Shown: piece after piece, positions 60,365 to 64,000 of the stretch | How the letters are laid out: each line of letters starts with the position of its first letter | Numbering within the stretch: position 1 is the first letter of the stretch | NCBI GenBank assembly: GCA_965237525.1 | Contig: CBDEFO010000004.1 | Location: 205,951-269,950, forward strand | Direction: 5' to 3' | Origin: Candidatus Latescibacterota bacterium | GTDB taxonomy: Bacteria > Latescibacterota > CBDEFO01 | Length of the DNA stretch: 64,000 bases | Notes under the pieces: generated by a model | The model's database searches: none | Told to the model about the DNA's origin: nothing | Seen by the model: only the letters and a program-made list of their open reading frames with translations | Position numbers and translations under genes: made by a program

Positions 60365-61883
60365 AAGCCTTGTGAAATAGTTATGTCCCAGGCAGTGTCT
60401 GAAGCGCCGATTATGGGTCAAAGAGTAGCATATCGTATCGTTTTGCTGTGGAATAAGCAAAATAGTCTTATCAGAGTTCTGGTCAGCAAGGAACAGGAGC
60501 TGTTTGAAGAACAGGATGCACTGTCTTTGACAGACAGGGCACACATAGACGCTTTCCCCCTTCTTATGAAAGATACAAGCCTCTTGAGATTCTGTACTGT
60601 TGCAACAAGATTCAACTGTTCATTCAGTGAGGCTGGTCCTCTGTAACGGGCTCGTCCCATACCGTGTTGTTGCCTGGCTTCAGCAAAGATATGTTCACTG
60701 CGTTTACGGAGTCTCCGGGAGAGTTTGTAGTCAGCTGTTAATGAGATAGACCGTGCATGATTTCTGGCTTTCGCCTCTCGCACTTTTCTATCCCGTTCGG
60801 CCTGAATATGTGCTGGATTTGTCTTGTTTTTCCATGTAGGAATCGGTTCAATCTTCTCATCGGCTCGCAGAGGAATATGGGGTATGATTCCCCGGTCAAG
60901 TACATCAGCGATAAAATTACCAGAACCGTAACCGGTATCGGCACTAAGTGTCTGAATGTCTTTGGGCATGGTGTATGTTTCAAGGTCATCTACCATCTTA
61001 AGGGCACTTTCGGGCTCTGCTGTCCCTGTCGCCTGCGTGCCCTGAGTCTCAAGGATTACTCTGCTTTTTGTGTCGATCAGATCATGGCCCATAAACGAGA
61101 GAAAAGCCCCTTTGCCCTTCGATTTGCTGTATAAGCGCGCGTCGGGGTCTGTAGTCGAACGGTGTGTTTGGTTCGTCCACTTTTCACCATGAAAGTCTTT
61201 ATCCTGAGGATGCCCGGACCTACCCTTTGTCTTATCACCTTCAAAACCGATTCCCTTGAGATAATCATCAAGAGAAACAGGGGGTTCTATCGGCTCAATA
61301 CTTTTCACTGAAGCATCAGCTTGTATCTGAGTGCCGTCGACACTAAGGTGTTTACCGCTCACAAGACCGACATCTATGCAACACTGGACTACCTGACGCA
61401 TTATCCGTTCAAACAACCCACTGGATGCCCACTTGTGATTGCGAAGCTTGTTGATCGTGCTCCTATCCGGAACCGCATCATCAAATGTCTGATGACAAAA
61501 CAACCGATATGCCGCATGCATCCCCACTTCCTGACAGAGCCGATTCTCACTCAAATTATACAGATAGCCAATAAGGATCATTCGAACAACTAATTCAGGA
61601 TCAATACCGGGTCTGCCATTGTCAGGGCAATAACAATCTGATACAACGTCTCGTACAAATGAAAAATCAACTGCCTCATCAATCTGACGAAGGATATGAT
61701 CCTCGGGAACTAAATCCTCCATCTGAAAATAGTGAAACATCGGATTTGTCTGTTCCTGCTTTTGTGGGGTCATTGTTTCCTCCATGTATAATATTATCAA
61801 TAACATAATATAATACATCGGAGCTGCTTTATCAATGCTTGTTCTATACTACTTTCTGAATCTAAGGGTTTTTCACAAGGCTT
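60365..61883 (-). mobile_element. IS copy E (1519 bp, intact transposase), TSD TTAA overlapping the purL stop
   Basis: ttaa at 60361..60364 and 61884..61887. Transposase ORF 60418..61818. Confidence 0.9.
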
Positions 61884-61908
61884 TTAAGTCGGTATATGCT
61901 TTTTTTGC

Positions 61909-61937
61909 TTGACAAGAGGACGGACATTCATTATATT
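61909..61937 (+). promoter_or_regulatory. sigma70-type promoter (TTGACA-17-TATATT) for the HTH gene
   Basis: -35 at 61909..61914, -10 at 61932..61937. RBS AAAGGGGGA before ATG 61991. Confidence 0.5.
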
Positions 61938-61990
61938 TTCCCCTGTGTACTGAACATTAGTATAATACTGTCGAGACGAAAGGGGGAAAA

Positions 61991-62254
61991 ATGGATATGG
62001 AGGAGATCTCTATAAGACCAGTGTTCTGGGACAGTAAGTTGAGTAACGCAGCAAAGGTCTTGTATTTTGCTATTATTATGTGGGACTATAACGGCAGCTG
62101 TGCTGCAGGGATAAGTAGAATATGCAAAACCCTTGGCAAGTCCCCAAGCGCTATAAGCATGAGATTGAAAGAACTGGCGGACGGTGGGTATGTAACCGTA
62201 AAATATCGAGGTCAGGGTCGAACTGCGGTCATAATAGCTTCAATTTCGCCATGA
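61991..62254 (+). CDS. small winged-helix/HTH DNA-binding protein (Rep- or regulator-like)
   Basis: 87 aa. ISRICKTLGKSPSAISMRLKELADGGYV helix-turn-helix segment. Confidence 0.5.
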   Translation: MDMEEISIRPVFWDSKLSNAAKVLYFAIIMWDYNGSCAAGISRICKTLGKSPSAISMRLKELADGGYVTVKYRGQGRTAVIIASISP

Positions 62255-62284
62255 CATCCACAGAATATTGGGCATCAAAATCTA

Positions 62285-62470
62285 AAAGAAGCTGAGGATC
62301 ACTATCAAGACCTCTAATACATTTGGAGACCAAGGTCTGCAAGAAGCTAAAGATCAAGCGTAAGATCTACGAGACATTGAAGACCCAGACCTCCAAAGGG
62401 TTAGAGATCAGCTAGTGAGACTTACAAGATATTAAGGATCAAGACCTCCAAAGACGTAGAGATCAAGGTA
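62285..62470. repeat. iteron-like degenerate direct repeats (GATCAAGACCTCCAAAG.. units)
   Basis: Five or more GATCA(A/C) cores. Two about 30 bp units (agacccagacctccaaagggttagagatca / aggatcaagacctccaaagacgtagagatca). Non-coding. Confidence 0.45.
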
Positions 62471-62724
62471 ATGTATTGGATCTAAATGCACAATCTGTCA
62501 CTAATTCAAAGGATTGATGGAGGATCTGGAAAATTGGAAGTGCTTGTTAAACAATGTCTTTGGCGGTAAGGCCAAGCAATCTATGCATACGGTGCATACC
62601 TTACTGTACTTGTTGTCTACAAAAAGATATTTTGTGTGGCAAAGTTATATATACGTATGCAGGGTATGCACGGTCTACACACTTTGCATAGCCTCCTCCG
62701 TCTACTATTTCCAGCAGCAGACTA

Positions 62725-63798
62725 ATGCCCATATTCTCACACACTGACTTGAGAGAACTTTCCGTTTGTATATTCAAAAACGCCGGTGTCGCCTCAGATG
62801 AAGCAGAGATCATAAGCGATCATCTTGTGGATGCCAATCTGTGCGGCCACGACTCGCACGGTGTTTTAAGGATTTCCAGCTACGTAACCGAGATCCAAGC
62901 GGGACACGCGCTCCACAGCGAGGCCAGCGCAGGTCGCTGCCAGATTGTAAAAGAGACTCCGTGCACGGCTGTGATAGACGCCAGGGGAGGATTCGGGATC
63001 GTGGCGGCGCTGAGGGCGATGCAGATGGCCATAGAAAAGGCAAGAGAACACACCTTCGGCTCAGTCGGCGTCCATCGCTGCACTCATACGGGACGTCTGG
63101 GAGACTATCCGCCAAGGGCCGCAAGAGAGGGGATGATCGGGATTGTTCTTCTAAATGGCGGCGGCCGGTTTGTCGCTCCATTCGGCGGGAGTGAGCGCAG
63201 GCTGCCCCCGAATCCGATCTCTGTGAGCGTTCCAAAAGCTGACGGAGAACCGATTATGCTGGACATCACGACCAGCGTGGTCGCAGGAGGCAAGATAGAA
63301 CTAAAAGCCGCAAGGGGTGAAAAGATGCCAGAGGGATGGATGAAGAAAAGCGATGGGAGTCCAACTACTGATCCCAGAGATTTTGGCGAAGATCCCTCCA
63401 CTTTCGTCCCACCCTTAGGCGGACCTGCAGGGCACAAAGGGTTCGGACTCGGGATGATCGTGGACCTGCTCGCAGGGGGTCTCTCCTGGGCGGGATGCAG
63501 TCAGCCCGACCCGACGCGCGGCGCCTGCGGTTTTTTGGCTATGGCTATCAAGATAGAGAGTTTCATTGACCTTGAGGAATATGAAAGAGAGGCTCAGATC
63601 CTAACAGACTGGGTGAAATCCTCAAAGACGCTGCCCGGAGTCGAGAGGATATACGTCCCCGGAGAGATAGAGCAAGAGACCCGAAAGGCAAGACTCAAAG
63701 CTGGCATATACATAGAGGAGTCCACGTGGAATAAGATAAGAAGCACAGCAGAGGACTTAAACGTCCCCGTCCCTAGGCAAGTGGAGAGTGGTCAGTAG
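62725..63798 (+). CDS. Ldh_2 family malate/L-lactate (ureidoglycolate-type) dehydrogenase
   Basis: 357 aa. Ldh_2 motifs (CGHDSHGVLR, HTGRLGDY, GHKGFGLG). Confidence 0.75.
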   Translation: MPIFSHTDLRELSVCIFKNAGVASDEAEIISDHLVDANLCGHDSHGVLRISSYVTEIQAGHALHSEASAGRCQIVKETPCTAVIDARGGFGIVAALRAMQMAIEKAREHTFGSVGVHRCTHTGRLGDYPPRAAREGMIGIVLLNGGGRFVAPFGGSERRLPPNPISVSVPKADGEPIMLDITTSVVAGGKIELKAARGEKMPEGWMKKSDGSPTTDPRDFGEDPSTFVPPLGGPAGHKGFGLGMIVDLLAGGLSWAGCSQPDPTRGACGFLAMAIKIESFIDLEEYEREAQILTDWVKSSKTLPGVERIYVPGEIEQETRKARLKAGIYIEESTWNKIRSTAEDLNVPVPRQVESGQ

Positions 63799-63860
63799 CT
63801 CCGACCCCCAACAGCATCAATTTGGGTCAGGGACAGGCAAGGACAGACACACCCATTAGA

Positions 63861-63990
63861 CACTAGACAGAATGTTGTAGGGGCGAGGTCCACTCGCCCC
63901 AAGGCAGACACACGGGTCTGCTGACCCCTCTGTATCCCCCCTTAATAAGGGGGGATACAGAGGGGTTGAATGTAGGGGCGATCCCCGATT
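63861..63990. repeat. cluster of REP-like hairpins (TGTAGGGGCGAGG..CTCGCCCC; CAGACACACGGGTCTG; TATCCCCCCTTAATAAGGGGGGATA)
   Basis: Three hairpins whose cores match elements at 13399..13462, 57151..57202 and 37692..37713. Confidence 0.5.
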
Positions 63991-64000
63991 GAGCCATTCG

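Noticed and set aside
1-64000. CRISPR arrays, rRNA genes, additional tRNAs, integrases or phage structural genes
   Set aside because: I scanned for regularly spaced direct repeats and for conserved rRNA or tRNA features. Only the tRNA-Asp at 51051..51128 was found. The iteron-like repeats at 62285..62470 are irregular and lack spacer architecture, so they are not called CRISPR.

Overview
This 64 kb window looks like a bacterial chromosomal fragment with about 50% GC. It mixes respiratory genes, housekeeping genes, accessory genes and a high density of insertion sequences (IS).

A respiratory super-locus lies on the minus strand:
- A SCO1/DUF420 copper-delivery operon that includes an ABC transporter and an AhpD-like gene carrying an in-frame TGA at a CxxUxxxH motif, a candidate selenoprotein.
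- A detached cytochrome c oxidase subunit IV-like gene.
- A complete aa3-type cytochrome c oxidase cluster (ctaE-ctaB-ctaA-ctaD-ctaC).
- Two amicyanin-type cupredoxin paralogs and a di-heme cytochrome c, presumably its electron donors.
- A cytochrome b plus a membrane-anchored multi-heme cytochrome c (bc-type module, no Rieske gene visible).

A seven-gene plus-strand operon is the most unusual feature. It runs PspA/IM30, an NfeD-like protein with a His/Asp-rich loop, flotillin, a small beta-carbonic-anhydrase-like protein, a polytopic membrane protein ending in a Gly/Cys-rich tail (SSSGGGSCGAGCGSGGGDGCGGGCGGCGE), a DUF692 multinuclear non-heme iron enzyme (MNIO) and a DUF2063 partner. This suggests an MNIO that modifies the Cys-rich tail of a membrane-anchored substrate, linked to a membrane-stress and microdomain module.

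Other content:
- Five nearly identical copies of one 1519 bp IS, with 13 bp terminal inverted repeats AAGCCTTGTGAAA, 4 bp YTAR target duplications and a 466 aa DUF772+DDE transposase. Two tandem defective copies split one gene into three in-frame pieces. One copy interrupts the third gene of a three-paralog NHL-repeat array. One sits exactly at the purSL stop codon and one lies 130 bp upstream of icd.
- tRNA-Asp(GTC), HtrA/DegP, YihY/BrkB, icd, a PurS-PurS-PurL fusion, Ldh_2, a CocE/NonD hydrolase, two SDRs and a TMTC-like membrane/TPR protein.
- Several repeat and RNA-like elements: two homologous four-stem structured elements in 5' leaders that show compensatory changes, a recurring palindrome GCAATGACRTTGC, REP-like hairpins and iteron-like repeats beside a small HTH gene.

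Many long genes are broken by frameshifts that map to short homopolymers (GGGG/AAA, TTTTT, CCC/AAAA). I treat most of these as likely assembly or sequencing indels, not true pseudogenes. The TGA (Sec) and the TAG nonsense in IS copy B are substitutions, so they are more trustworthy.
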